Shown in pieces: positions 11,563 through 24,161 of a stretch of 64,000 nt of DNA (positions are counted from its first letter, which is position 1; the number at the start of each line of letters is the position of its first letter). A program made the translations under genes and the position numbers. Under the pieces are notes generated by a model, which did not search any database, was not told where the DNA came from, and saw only the letters and a list, made by a program, of their open reading frames with translations. Source of the stretch: Chiloscyllium plagiosum (Eukaryota); assembly GCF_004010195.1 (NCBI RefSeq), contig NC_057749.1:14539429-14603428 (forward strand), in the 5' to 3' direction.

Positions 11563-12743
11563 CTTTGCTGGCCAGTAACTGAGGTGCTCCTGCCCAACAG
11601 AAGCAGCAGGAGAGTGTGCATGGTGCATGCCAGAACATGTAACTGTTGAGACTGATTTGTTTTAGAAGGAGCTTTCAGTGGGGGGAGAGGACTGGCTGTG
11701 GTGAGTACTTGGGTGCTGCAGGTCTCTGGGAACTTTGTGTGGAATGAGACACCAGTTTGTTTTTTAAAGGTATGCCCATTTCAACAAAATCCTGTGACTG
11801 GAATTTGTTCTGTCAAACTATAGTGGGGCGGTATGCTCTCGCTACAGGGCATGCTTTGTATTTTAAAGCAGATTTCTGTCTCAAAGTGGGGTGAAGTCCC
11901 TAAAGCTGGCCTTTTGTCAAGATGAGCAATTAGACATTTTCAGTGTTACTGCTACACGTTCATGCAGTGTGTGATTAAATATTGAAATACACAGTCATCT
12001 CTCACTTTCCCTTTTTTTTGAGCACAAGTCTATCAGTTTGGGTTATACAGCCCTTCAGTCGATGAACATATATTAAAAACTCTAGATGTTGCCCTCTCCC
12101 AAACAGGAAAGTTGTGACGCTTGGGACTTTGTCTTGCGTCAGCACTGGTCACTCCTGAAGCCCACATCTTTATTCTGAAGTTCCTCTTTAAATTGCATCA
12201 TTTTAAAAATGCAACTTGGAGTGTTTCTTACTGGCATGTTTACATATCTGACCACTTTCATTTTATACAACTTGTGAATCTGATGATGACTTGGGTCTCC
12301 ACTGTCATTTGGTTTTGGGTGGGGTGGATGGTGGAAATGGCTACGAATAGTTTTACCACTCGATCTGCTTTGGAGACTTGCATGGCTTCAGACAATTGCC
12401 TTATTTTTAACCTGGCGTTCGGAGCTTCTAATACTAGGGTGCATGTCCGGCTCGTCTCCTTTGTAAAGTTGGATGTGGTTAGCAGACAAATGGAAACCAC
12501 CCACCAGAGGTTGATGGCACCAATCCATTCTTTTCAATATCAGCTATCCAACAGTGGCTTCCTCGTGTGCACTGCTGATACGTTACACGGTGGTGATCTC
12601 CATATGCCCCAAGCTTTCAACAAGGAACACTGAGAATGTCACCTTGGAAGCCTGAACCATTAGTCAGTTCTTAAGTAATTGCTTAAGATAATGTTTGGCT
12701 GTTTATAATTATTGTGTGATGTTATTTTACAAGTATGTGGTCC

Positions 12744-12749
12744 ATTAAA
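12744..12749 (+). other. Candidate UBL7 polyadenylation signal (ATTAAA); alternatives at about 11974 and 12072
   Basis: ATTAAA followed by T-rich sequence downstream of the stop codon; no transcript evidence. Confidence 0.35.
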
Positions 12750-14368
12750 CTTTATTCTAATACTTCCTCTGAATTGTGTATCACTTTCCCCCCCCCCCCC
12801 CCCCCCCCAAGTTGTTTCTTACCTTTTATTTTTCACCCTAAGTATAGATGAAGCTTTTGGGAATGATTTTGCATTTATATAATGCCATCCAGTTAATTAA
12901 AATGCATCTTTGTTGATAAATCTGCACAGAAAGATCCGTCCATACTGAAAGCAGAAATGCTTGTCAGGATGCTGGGAATTGTCAGGATGCCCAGCTACTA
13001 TAGGATACGAAATACTGTATTCAGAATCTTGGATTGTGTTGGATAATGTAATTTGTGTGTTCTTACTGTAAAAAGATATTTTTGGGTGAAATGATTACAG
13101 TTTTTAGGGTTCCAGTATTTGCAATAATGTAGTCTTTGACCATCTATACCTGGAATAGTAGAAAGCAAGGACTTGAGCTGCACTGGAATTGAGAATAAAA
13201 ACTAAACTCATATTTTTAGATGGAGTATTGGGTGAAAGTTTTAAAACTTTACTGAAAACCCATTCGCATGTACAGGGATAAAAGTAAGACCTGTATTTTA
13301 ATGAGTGAGTGGTCAGTTTGTGGAGCAGGCTCTCTGGAGACAGTGGAAGCAGCTAGTATTGATTCAGCCAAATGCTTTTCTTCTGCTATTTAAGATTTTG
13401 GGATATGTTAATTTGTTACATGATGCATTTGTGGCCTTTGATTCTCAGATGTCCCCGTGTTCTTTATGTTGTCAACTCCTTAATATGATTAGTCAGCCAT
13501 TGTATTACTGTTGTATCGTGTGATTTGCAGGATGGTAGAAAGTGATCTTTTTTGTTGGTGAACTCTTGCATTTGTCCACTAGGCTGGAGTGGCCTCTGTG
13601 AACTGTCTTAATCAAAGGGCAGCACCTGCAGTAAGGAGTAGGCCTTCCATAATGTGCTAAAAGGTCAGGCCAGATTACAATACAGAAGGGGTGTAAGCCT
13701 TCCTCTGATGCTAAAGTTCTACCAACTGAGCAAGGCTGGCACCAACTATGTAGATCTGAGTGATCAAACTGCCAGCCCTCTGACTCTCAGTCTTGTTCAG
13801 TGCCCCTCTGGAGCAGCTATAATGGGTTGCTATATTATAAATGTTTAGATCTGTTTTGGACATGTTTAAAAGTCCACATTGAGACCATGGTGCATTAACA
13901 TATGGACTTCTTTTCTTTAAAACAGTTACACCAGTGTAGTGGTGTTTTAATTTTTTTATGGCATGTCACAGAGCAAGCAACAGCATTACACTCAACATTG
14001 GCATTCAAAGCAAAATGGGTACTTATGCAGTTAAAGATGTTTTGTGTGCTTTAACAAGCTGTGAAGATGGAGTACTCATCTGTTACAAGAAAAATGATGC
14101 CAGTGCACAGGTTTTGTTACTCCGGTTATAAGAAGTTACAGGAAAGGCAAAGGCCTGAATAAGTTGCACTGCTGTGTGCCTTAAAAGAACAAACATGCTT
14201 TGTAGTCTTATATAAGATTCCTTTGGCCTGTCTATGGGTCAGTATCATTATTTGTCACACAGCAAGTTCACCTCATCAGTACATTGGCACCGTTTCTCTC
14301 ACATTCCCTTCTCAGGAATATTAGATGTAGTTATCTCTTCATCTTGCTCCCTTTAGTGATTCTCCTCT

Positions 14369-14752
14369 TAGAGTCATAGAGATGTACTACACGGAAACAG
14401 ACCCTTTCGTCCAACTTGTCCATGCCGATCAGATATCCTAAATTAGGCTAGTCTCGTTTGCCAGCACCTGGCCTATGTCCCTCCTAAACCCTTTCTATTC
14501 ATATACCCATCTAGATACCTTTTGTTGTATTTGTATCAGCTTTGTCCACTTCCTCTAGCAGCTCATTCCATGCAGACACCACCCTCTGTGTGAAAAAATT
14601 GCTAGTCAGGTCCCTTTTAAATCTTGCCCCTCTCGTCCTGAACCTATGCCATCTAGTTCTGGACTCGCCCACTACAGGGAAAAGATCTTGTCTATTTACC
14701 TTATCCATGTCCCTCATGATTTTATAAACATCTATATGGTCAGCTCTCAGCC
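14369..14752 (-). mobile_element. CR1/HER1 LINE 3' end
   Basis: ESRTRWHRF..RDLTSNFFTQRVVSAWNEL motif and CTATGACT-type tail. Confidence 0.8.
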
Positions 14753-15021
14753 TGCATTCTTGCTAACTTGCCAGTTTTTCTGCACATTTTCAGACATACT
14801 GGGTCTAAACGTCCATTCTTTGCCAGTGAACCAAGATATGGTTGATTCATAAGATGGATTTCATACACTAACCCAATTCTGATCTCCGCTGACATCCGCA
14901 CACTGCTAGTTTGAAATGTATGACTCTAATGGTGATCACTGCATACAAAATATGCTGCATGCTACTAATCCCTGGGCATACCTGATGATATAAGGGCATC
15001 ATTGGGGGTATCATTTAACTC

Positions 15022-15640
15022 TGGTTAGCACTGCTACCTCACAGCACCAGGGACCAGGGTTCGATTCCACCCTCTGCTGACTGCAAACTCCATATGCATG
15101 CTGCCCCATAGAACATAGAAAAATACAGCGTAGTACAGGCCCTTTGGCCCTCAATGTTGCGCCGATCCAAGCCTACCTAACCTACACTAGCCCACTATCC
15201 TCCATATGCCTATCCAATGCCCGTTTAAATGCCCATAAAGAGGGAGAGTCTACCACTGCTACTGGCAGGGCATTCCATGAACTCACGACTTGCTGAGTAA
15301 AGAATCTACCCCTAACATCTGTCCTATACCTACCACCCCTTAATTTAAAGCTATGCCCCCTCGTGATAGCTGACTCCATGACTGTATGGGTTTCCTTCAG
15401 GTGCTCCAGTTTTCTCCAACGATGTGCAGGTTAGATGGATTGACCATACTAAATAGCCCCGTGTCCTGGGATGTGTAGGTTGGGTGGATTAGTCATGGGA
15501 AATGCAGGGTTACAGGGATAAGGCCGGGAGTTGCGGGGTTGGGGTGGGGTGGGCGGGAGTGGGTTTGGATGTGATGGTGTTCAGGGGGGGTGATGTGGAC
15601 TTGATGGGCTGAATGACCTGCTGTAGAGTTTCTATGATTC
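15022..15640 (+). mobile_element. HE1/V-SINE interrupted by a minus-strand CR1 3' end (15108-15378)
   Basis: SINE head and tail flank a CR1 fragment TRGHSFKLRGGRYRTDVRGRFFTQQVVSSWNALP with (CATAGAA) tail. Confidence 0.75.
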
Positions 15641-15879
15641 ACTGAAGAATTTGCCAGTCAGAAATGTTCAATTTTAATTGAGTGGCGTGAATTTTATTTG
15701 TATTTCTCATGTTCCCCACAAGGTAATGTGTCTTTCTGGTGGAGTAAGTGGGACAGGCTGGTTGGAATTTCTTTGAATGTTTGAGTCCTCTGGCAGATAT
15801 CAGGTACTCTGGCTGGTACTGAGCCTCTCTCAGGGTTTTGATGCCAATTCAATTGTCTTGCTTATGATCCAGCAACTGC

Positions 15880-17498
15880 CATCAGTAGTGGGCAATTTGT
15901 TGGAAAGGATTCTGAGGGACAGGATTTACATGTATTTGGCCAGGCAAGGACTGATTAGGGATAGTCAACATGGCTTTGTGTGTGAGAAATCCTGTCTCAC
16001 TAACTTGCTTGAGTTTTTTTTTGAGGAAGTGATGAAAAGGATTAATGCAGGTGGACATTGCCTACATGAATTTCAGTAGGTGCTCAACAAGGTTCCTTAT
16101 GGTGGACTGGTTAGCAAAGTTAGATCCTGTGGAATACAGAGAACTAGCCATTTGGATACAGGACTGGCTCAAAGGTAGTGGTGATGGAGGGTTACTTTTC
16201 AGACTGGTGACCTGTGACCAGTGGTGTGCCACAAGAATTGGTGCTGGATCCACTGCTTTCCGTTAGTTAGTGGGCGGCACGGTGGCACAGTGGTTAGCAC
16301 TGCTGCCTCACAGCGCCAGAGACCCGGGTTCAATTCCTGCCTCAGGCGACTCTCTGTGTGGAGTTTGCACATTCTCCCTGTGTCTGCGTGGGTTTCCTCC
16401 GGGTGCTCCGGTTTCCTCCCACAATCCAAAAATGTGCAGGTTAGGTGAATTGGCCATGCTAAATTGCCCGTAGTGTTAGGTGAAGGGGTAAATGTAGGAG
16501 TATGGGTCTAGGTGGTATACGCTTCGGCGGGTCGGTGTGGACTTGTTGGGCCAAAGGGCTTGTTTCCACACTGTAAGTAATCTAATCTAATCTAAATGAT
16601 TTGGTTGTGAACATAGGCGTACTGAGTAAGTTTGCAGACTACACCAAAATTGGAAATGGAGTGGACAGTGAAGAAGGTTACCTCCGAGTACAACAGGACC
16701 TTGATCAGATCGGCCGATGGGTCAAGAAGTGTGGAAGTGTTGCATTTTGGAAAGGCAAATCAGGCAGGACCTATCCAGTTAATGATAAGGTCCTGGGGAG
16801 TGTTGCTGCACAGAGACTTGGAGTGCAGGTTCACAACTCCTTGAAAGTGGAGTCGCAAGTAGATAGGATAGTGAAGATGATGTTTGGTATGCTTACCTTT
16901 ATTGGTCAGTGCACTGAGTACAGAAGTTGGCAGGTGCTGTTGCAGTTGTACAGGACGTTTGGTTAGGCCACTTTTGGAGCACAGTTCAATTCTTCTCTCC
17001 CTGCTTGGAAAGATGTTGTGAAACTTGAAAGGGTTCAGAAAAGATTTTCTGTACCTTTTTTAGAGGTACCAAAGGTTGGAGGGTTTGAGCTATAGTGAGA
17101 GGCTGAATAGGCTGGGAATATTCTTCCTGGAGCATCAGAGGCTGAGGGGTGACCTTATAGAGGTTGAGAAAATCATAAGGGGCATGGATAGGTTGAATAA
17201 CCAAGGTCTTTTCCTGGGGGTAGGGAATTCCAAAACTAGAGGGCATAGATTTAAAAGGGATCTAAGGTGCAACTGCTTTCATACAGAGGGTAGTGCATGT
17301 ATGGAATGAACTGCCAGAGGAAGTGGAGGAGGCTGGTTGAATTACAACATTTAAAAGGCATCATCAGGATGGATACATAAATAGGAAGGTTTTAGAGGGA
17401 TATGGGCCAAATTGGACTAGATTAATTTAGGATATCTGGTCAGCATGGATGAGTTGGACCGAAGGATTTGTTTCCATTGCTGCACAGCTCTATGATTT
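15880..17498 (+). mobile_element. CR1/HER1 LINE (decayed RT and 3' end) containing a nested SINE
   Basis: QHGF..KSCLTNL, SKFADYTK, RLRGDLIEV motifs, with frameshifts. Confidence 0.85.
16270..16595 (+). mobile_element. Full-length HE1/V-SINE
   Basis: tRNA A/B boxes (ggtggcacagtgg, ggttcaattcc), V-domain gtgtggagtttgcac...cctcccac, (ATCTA)n tail. Confidence 0.85.
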
Positions 17499-17504
17499 TA
17501 AGAA

Positions 17505-17765
17505 GGGAAGGTGACAGCCTAGTGTTATTATCACTGGACTGTTACTCCAGAACTGCAGCTAATATTCTGGGGACCTGGAATCAATAAAAGTCTGGAATTA
17601 AGAATTAAATACTGGCCATAAATCCATTGTAAATTGTCAGAAAAGCCCATCTGGTTCACTAATGTCCTTGGGAAACTGGAAACTGCTAACTGCCTCCTGA
17701 CCCACAACAATCAGGGATGGCCAATAAATGTCCTGGATGGTGACACTCCCATGCCTTGAATAAAC
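17505..17765 (+). mobile_element. tRNA-derived SINE, second family (copies also at about 23630-23970 -, 26900-27250 -, 27920-28360 +, 43277-43610 +)
   Basis: shared core cccatctggttcactaatgtcc...ggaaa and tail ggcaataaatgctgg...cacatccc. Confidence 0.65.
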
Positions 17766-18059
17766 AGAAGTCACCTGTCTGAGCATAGGATCAAACTTGG
17801 AACTACAGGTGTCATTGGTTGGTGTGGTTCAGCTTTGTAGTGGCCGGTATGCTGTGATTAATACCTATGTCTTGAATTTTTAATCACTTGACAATTGTCA
17901 ATTGCCTCTTGGCTGAAAGACAGTGTGTTTTATCTGAAAGTTTTAAGAAATATCCTTTTTTATAACATGAATGCAGCAGTCTCTGAGAGCCATTCTCGCT
18001 GGTTATTGCAGTTGTAAAAATTAGTTAAGGGATTCTGGTTGGTCTGATTTGACCGCATA

Positions 18060-18065
18060 TTTATT
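18060..18065 (-). other. Candidate CHRNA3 polyadenylation signal (AATAAA on -)
   Basis: TTTATT on + about 500 nt past the stop codon. Confidence 0.4.
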
Positions 18066-18158
18066 ACACATAAGCTCTGAGTAAATTTTTCTAATACTAA
18101 TTTTTAAAAAAGCATGCAAGTACACGCAGCAAGTATCTCTAAGGTATGGAAAAAGGTG

Positions 18159-18431
18159 TTTAGATTAGATTACATTACATTACAGTGTGGAAACAGGCCC
18201 TTCGGCCCAATAAGTCCACACCGACCCGCCGAAGCGAAACCCACCCATACCCCCACATTTACCCCTTACCTAACACTACGGGAAATTTAGTATGGCCAAT
18301 TCACCTGACCCTGCACATCTTTGGACTGTGGGAGGAAACCGGAGCACCTGGAGGAAACCCACGCAGACACGGGGAGAACGTGCAAACTCCACACAGTCAG
18401 TCGCCTGAGGCGGGAATTGAACCCAGGTCTC
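18159..18431 (-). mobile_element. HE1/V-SINE in the putative CHRNA3 3' UTR
   Basis: reverse complement of the 16270 SINE, 5'-truncated. Confidence 0.85.
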
Positions 18432-18566
18432 TAATGGTTGTATTTTCTTTCTAAGTGTGTTGTATAAGTCAGTTCTCTCTCCATGCACAACACTGTTCTG
18501 ACAGGTTCTTTCACACAGTACTCAAGGGATGCTCTGTGTTTACAGCAATGTACCCATCCCTGACAT

Positions 18567-18695
18567 TCACAACTCTGCTACATTCATCAGGGGCTGGAGG
18601 AAAGAGGTGGTTGTTCCCAGGATGCCAATCAGGATAAAGATCCAGAGGAAGATCCGGTCAATTACCATGGCAACATACTTCCAATCATCTTGTAC
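18567..18695 (-). CDS. CHRNA3: nAChR alpha3-type exon 6 (M4, TGA stop)
   Basis: ttacag|[42 protein letters not shown]; six exons total 1494 nt in frame. Confidence 0.94.
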   Translation of the reverse strand, partial: VQDDWKYVAMVIDRIFLWIFILIGILGTTTSFLQPLMNVAEL

Positions 18696-18990
18696 CTGTA
18701 ACAAGAGAAAAATCAAATTATTAGACTAACATTAAATCAATTAAAGTCCTTATTAAACACTCAAAGGGAAGAGACAGCACAGAAATGATTATAAAGTTCG
18801 TTCTCCACAGATCCTATCGAACACTTCCAGGGTACATTGCATGTTCAGCAATAAAGTAAGGCAACTCTTTAAACAAAGCAACATACTTCTGGAGATCTGA
18901 AATAAAAACAAAGTACAAAAGAAACTGAGCAGTTTAAGCAGCATCTGTAAATTGAGAAACAGATAATGATTAGAATTCAATATGGGACTT

Positions 18991-19160
18991 CAATTGCAAC
19001 GTTTAAGAGGCATTTGGATGGGTATATGAATAGGAAGGGTTTTGAGGGATATGGGCCGGGTGCTGGCAGGTGGGACTAGATTGGGTTGGGATATCTGGTC
19101 GGCATGGACGAGTTGGACCGAAGGGTCTGTTTCTATGCTGTACATCTCTATGACTCTATA
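18991..19160 (+). mobile_element. Young CR1 3' end
   Basis: near-identical to 29270-29406 and 60700-60870. Confidence 0.8.
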
Positions 19161-19555
19161 ACCTCTTTAAACAATACCTGGCTAGGTAAAGCACTGATTT
19201 GATACAGAATAAAGCTCTGTCTACCACTCTCCACATCAATCACTGCTATTGCAGGTATAGCATGGAGTTAGCTAGAGAGTAAAGCTTTCTCTACATTGCC
19301 CCATTTTCTCTTCCTCAAGATAGTGGGTTCTACTAGATGGTCCTTGATACATTGCCCAAGATTCTTGGTGCCACCTTGCTCAGTTCTGGTTATGCACACA
19401 ATCATATTCTGTTCCTGGGTGATATTCAAACACTAAAAGCAAAATACTTCAGATACTGGAAATCTGAATCACGCATAATGCTGGAGAAACTCAGCAGCTT
19501 TTGCAACAGAGATCCAGAGTTAACATTGCAAATCTGAACTGAAGTTGGACAGGAT

Positions 19556-20365
19556 TAGATTAGATTACTTAGTGTGGAAACAGGCCCTTCGGCCCAACAA
19601 GTCCACACCGCCCCGCCGAAGCGCAACCCACCCATAACCCTACATTTACCCCTTACCTAACACTATGGGCAATTTAGCATGGCCAATTCACCTGACCTGC
19701 ACATCTTTGGACTGTGGGAGGAAACCGGAGCACACGGAGGAAACCCACGCAGACACGATGTTGAGAAGGCATTTAGTATGCTTGCCTTCATTGCTCGGTA
19801 TTTTGAGTACAGGAGTTGAGATGTCATGTTGAGGTTGTACAGGATGTTGGTGAGGCAAGTTTTTGTCGCTCTGCTATAGGGACCCATATTATTAAATTGG
19901 AGAGGAAAAGATTTATACAGATGTTACCAGGACTGGAGGGTTTGAGTTATGGGGAAAGGCTGGATAGGGTGGGACTCTTTTACTGGAATATAGGAGGTCG
20001 AGGGTTGATCTTATAGAGGTTTATAAAATCATGAGGGGCATAGATAAGGAGAACAAAGTAAGGGTCTTTTCTCTAGGGGAGGGGATTTCAAAACTATGGG
20101 TCATATTTTTAAGATTAGCAGAGAAAGTTTTAAAAAGGGCATGTGGGACAACTTTTTTTTTACACAGAGTAGATTGTGTGTGAAATGAACTGCCAGAGGA
20201 AGTGATGGATGCAGGTACAGTTACGTTGTTTAAAAGACAGGGAAAGTTTGGAGGGATACTGGCCAAATGCAGGCAAGTGGGACTAGTTTAGTTTGGGAAC
20301 GTGGTCAGTATGAACTAGTTGGAGTGAAGGGTCTGTTTTCATGCGCTGTGAATCTGTGACACTAT
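19556..20365. mobile_element. HE1 SINE (-, 19556-19756) abutting a CR1 fragment (+, 19757-20365)
   Basis: SINE V-domain and tail; MLPGLEGLSYGERL motif. Confidence 0.75.
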
Positions 20366-22530
20366 GGAGTTTTGAAGAAGTCATATTGGACTTGAGACCT
20401 TAACACTGTTTCTCACTCCACAGATGCTGCCTGAGCTGCTGAGTTTCTCCATTCTGTTTGTTTTGCACTACCCAACACTGTAATTTAGCAACAGAAAGCA
20501 TGAATGATTGCCTCTGGCTGTTCTGAGTCCGGCTGCAGTGTTTTGTGTTGGTGCCATTGGCTGGCAGCAGACACCGCAAGGCACTGGAGCAGTATCACCA
20601 ACGCGGCAAGTGCACCATCCTGCGAATTTGTCTGAGCACAAATCAGGAATTAAACCTGGTATATTCTGGTCTGTGTGGATCAGTGCCATGTCACAGCGTG
20701 CAGTGTGAAACAGGACAATTGAAGGATGCCTATTCATTAAAGAATTTCAGTAAACATTAATTAAACTGTTCTTTTAAAATCCCACCGAGAGCCCAGTCCA
20801 GCGTTGATTAAAAAAGAGGTGCAGACTGGAGGTGCAGTACCAGCCTTTGCCACCAGATGTCAACCTGTGCCACTGGAATAGGTGGATCTGGTTATTTGGG
20901 GAAGTTAGGAGGAAAGCAATCCTGCAACTATTTGACGAGACACTCATAATCACTGTTATAACACAGAAGGAGACCATTTGGCCCATTAAATTTATGGCTG
21001 GCTCTCTGTTGTGCAAGCCAGTCCCATTGCCTCATTTTCTCCTCTTGTGACCCTACAAGTTTATTTCCTTCCAGTTCCTTATTCATTTTCCTTCTGAAAC
21101 CAGTTACTAATCAGTCTTCCAGATAACTTATAAAATGAAATATCAGTCGTGCACAACTTTATCTGGCACTAAATGCAGAGTGAAAAATTCTGCATATGTT
21201 TAAATGGAAATGCACCTGTAATTTTTGTCTCTCTTGTAGTTACATCTCTGTCCTTTCTCTCTGCTCTCTCACTTGCCTCCCCCTCACGTTTCTTCTCTTG
21301 CTCTCCCTTTTTTGAAAGTACACTTCTCCCTCCTGCTGCAAATAATTAAAATGAGTGGATTGGTGGATGGCGTAGTTTCAGATAAATGTCCAAAGATAAA
21401 GGGAGAACATTTAGATCACTCAGTAGACATGAAAGCAGAAGTTTTTCATGAGTTGATCAGTCTTTGAAGAAACCTTTGCTTCCATCATTCCTAAATTTGA
21501 CGACATGATGAGAGAAGCAACAAACCAGAAAGTAACTTCTCAAGGATCTGGCCCATGAGACGAATAGTGGCAGCAGGTTTAAGGAATAGGGGATTCCTGG
21601 TCTGACATTTGATGACCTTCATAAGCTAAAGGAGTCTCCCTTTATGTCGGAGGAGCAGATTTGCTGTAAGCAAAGCTCTGCTGGGGCTGCCTGCTGATCT
21701 CAATTTGTCCTGTTTAATTCTTTCCATTGATGTTAAAGTAATGTGTCTGTTAACGATGCTGTAGTTTGGTAATAATATTTGATTAGGACCCCCAGGAGTT
21801 CTAAGCTCCCACAGAGACTCATGAGTTTGATAATGAGCTCAGCTTCTATTTATATTGCACATTGCTCAAATTTCCACAGAGATGTACTTTCAGTATCATT
21901 TAGCACAACGTATTTGGTTGACAATATCCCTACTTTTATGATCCAAAGTCCTTATTGCCTTGATATAAATGTAACAATATTTAAAATTGCAACTGCACAT
22001 ACTTAGTTAACTTTGAACATCTAATGGAAAATGACCACACTGACAAGGAAAATTGCTGTCTAGCATCTTGAACAGAAACCTGTAAATCATTATTGGACAT
22101 AGGACATAATTGGAGTTTAATCTCTCCTTTTACCCACCCTATTACACACCTCCTGTTATCTTTATTTCTTCTCCCCACATGTTGCCTCAATTCTTGCTTC
22201 ACAACCTGAATTTTCCCTGTTCTGATAAATGAAATTCCAACTCTTTCAGTCGCCAGAGATGCTGCCTGATCTCTGGAGTGTTTCCAGCATTTTATCTCAG
22301 ATTTCCAGCGTCCACAGTACTTTGCTTTGTAATTACAAAGTGCTACTTTTACATTCAAATGTGAACATAAGAAATTCTAGCAGACGTATGGACACTGGGG
22401 AATGAGGGATGGCATTATGTCTGTTCGGCCCAATTCCATTATGTCCGACCCTCCAAGTCTGCTTCATTTGAAGAAACCCCTTTGTTTGTCTTGGTGTAAA
22501 AACAAAATGAATGCAACTACAGTTCCTCAC

Positions 22531-23539
22531 CTCTTTAGACTCATTCTGCAGCTTCATGTTTTCTGCAATGTAGGTGATACTCGCAATTGCTTCTTGAACC
22601 TCAGGAGGCAGAGAGGAGATTGCGAGCAGACCATCAAGGGACTCTGTGCTGGAGCTTTGTGTTGAGCTGATGCCTATGTCCTGATTCTTCATCTTACAGA
22701 ACCTGCAGTGAGCATAACGAGGGTCCTGGTAGCAGAATCCATCCACTGGACATTTGGATTTGGAGCCGCCGTTAACACTGGTGAGCTCAGCAGGGCTGCT
22801 GAGGAGCTTGGGCTTCTTCTGAACCTCTGAACCAGCCATCGGTCTCTTCATGAACATAATTCGTGGCAGCAGCTTTAAGAATATGGTTTTCACCCAGACC
22901 GGCATGGTATGGGTCGTGGGGGTTCTGTAATGGATGTTGAGCGCAAAGACAGTTATAACAATGGATAGAATCACAAAGATCATGGTGAAGAGCAGATATT
23001 CCCCGATTAGAGGGATCACCAGAGAGGTGGATGGTATGCTCTCGGTGATGACCAGAAGAAAAACAGTAAGGGACAGCAGCACTGAAATACTCAGAGTCAC
23101 CTTCTCCCCACAGTCAGAGGGCAGGTAGAAAACCAAAATGGTCAGAAAAGAGATCATGAGGCAAGGGATGATAATGTTGACAGTGTAGAAGAGTGGCATT
23201 CGTCTTATGTAAATGGAATAGGTTATGTCTGGATAGATCTCTTCACAGCAATTGTACTTGATGGCATGTTTGAACCCTGGTGCAGCAATGATTTCCCATT
23301 CACCACTTTCCCAGAAGTCCTTCCTGTTGATCTCATTGCCAATCAGAGCCAAGTCGATTTTGGCCTGGTCATGGGTCCAGGAGCCGAACTTCATGCTGCA
23401 GTTCTGGTAGTCGAAGGGGAAGTAAGTCACATCCATCCTGCAGGAACTCTTGAATATGGCCGGTGGTATCCAGGTCACAGTGCCATCAAACTTCACCAAG
23501 ACTTTGGTCTTTTCATCCACTTGGAAATCAGCAACCGCA
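22531..23539 (-). CDS. CHRNA3: nAChR alpha3-type exon 5 (Cys-loop, loops B/C, M1-M3, cytoplasmic loop)
   Basis: 1009 nt, ccacag|...|gtgagg; Cys-loop [15 protein letters not shown], vicinal YNCCEEIY (alpha subunit), M2 [22 protein letters not shown]; alpha3-type [34 protein letters not shown]. Confidence 0.95.
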
Positions 23540-24161
23540 CTGTGGTCACAAACGTTAGAGAGCGAGAGAGAGAGAGAAAAAAATATCAATTATCAATGTT
23601 TTCTAACCCCCCCATACTGAATTTTGACTTTTTTCCTTTAATGGGATTTGGCCATTTATTGTCTTTGTATTGAGTGTCTCACTCAGCTATTTCAGAGGGC
23701 AGTTAGGAGTCTGATCACATTGCTGTGGGTCTGGAGTCACATGTAGACCAGACCGAATAAGGATAGCAGATTTCTTTTTCTGAAAAAGGGAATTTATGAA
23801 TTGTTCTTTTTTTTTAAAAATGATAGTTATCATCATTTGAATTGGTTTTATGTTCAAGGTTTTGTTAGTTGCATTTCAATTCCACCAAATAACATGTTAG
23901 GGTTTGAACCCATATCACTGGGGTATTAGCCTGTGGTTTTGTAGCCTTGTGATTATTACCACTACACCACCGTATCTGTTTTTCATTTAGAAGTCACACG
24001 TTCTTAATTTGAAGAGATTATCTCAAATGGGGACTGAGGAGTGAGGTCTTTCAGTTAGACTACATAAGAATGATGGGCTGAATGGCCTACTGTATTGCAA
24101 AATGACATGGCTATAAATAGCCATGGTGGGCCACAGATGGGTTTTAACAGTCTGTGACTCA

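Noticed and set aside
12121..12633. 170-aa ORF downstream of UBL7
   Set aside because: Non-ATG start, no recognisable domain; probably 3' UTR.
16270..16340. tRNA genes (this and similar heads)
   Set aside because: The A/B boxes belong to SINE heads that continue into SINE body and tail.
20468..21050. Short ORFs in CHRNA3 intron 5 as a nested gene or CHRNA5 remnant
   Set aside because: No nAChR motifs and no convincing splice-bounded exon.
22333..23589. 418-aa ORF as a single-exon gene
   Set aside because: It is CHRNA3 exon 5 (22531-23539) with intronic read-through at both ends.
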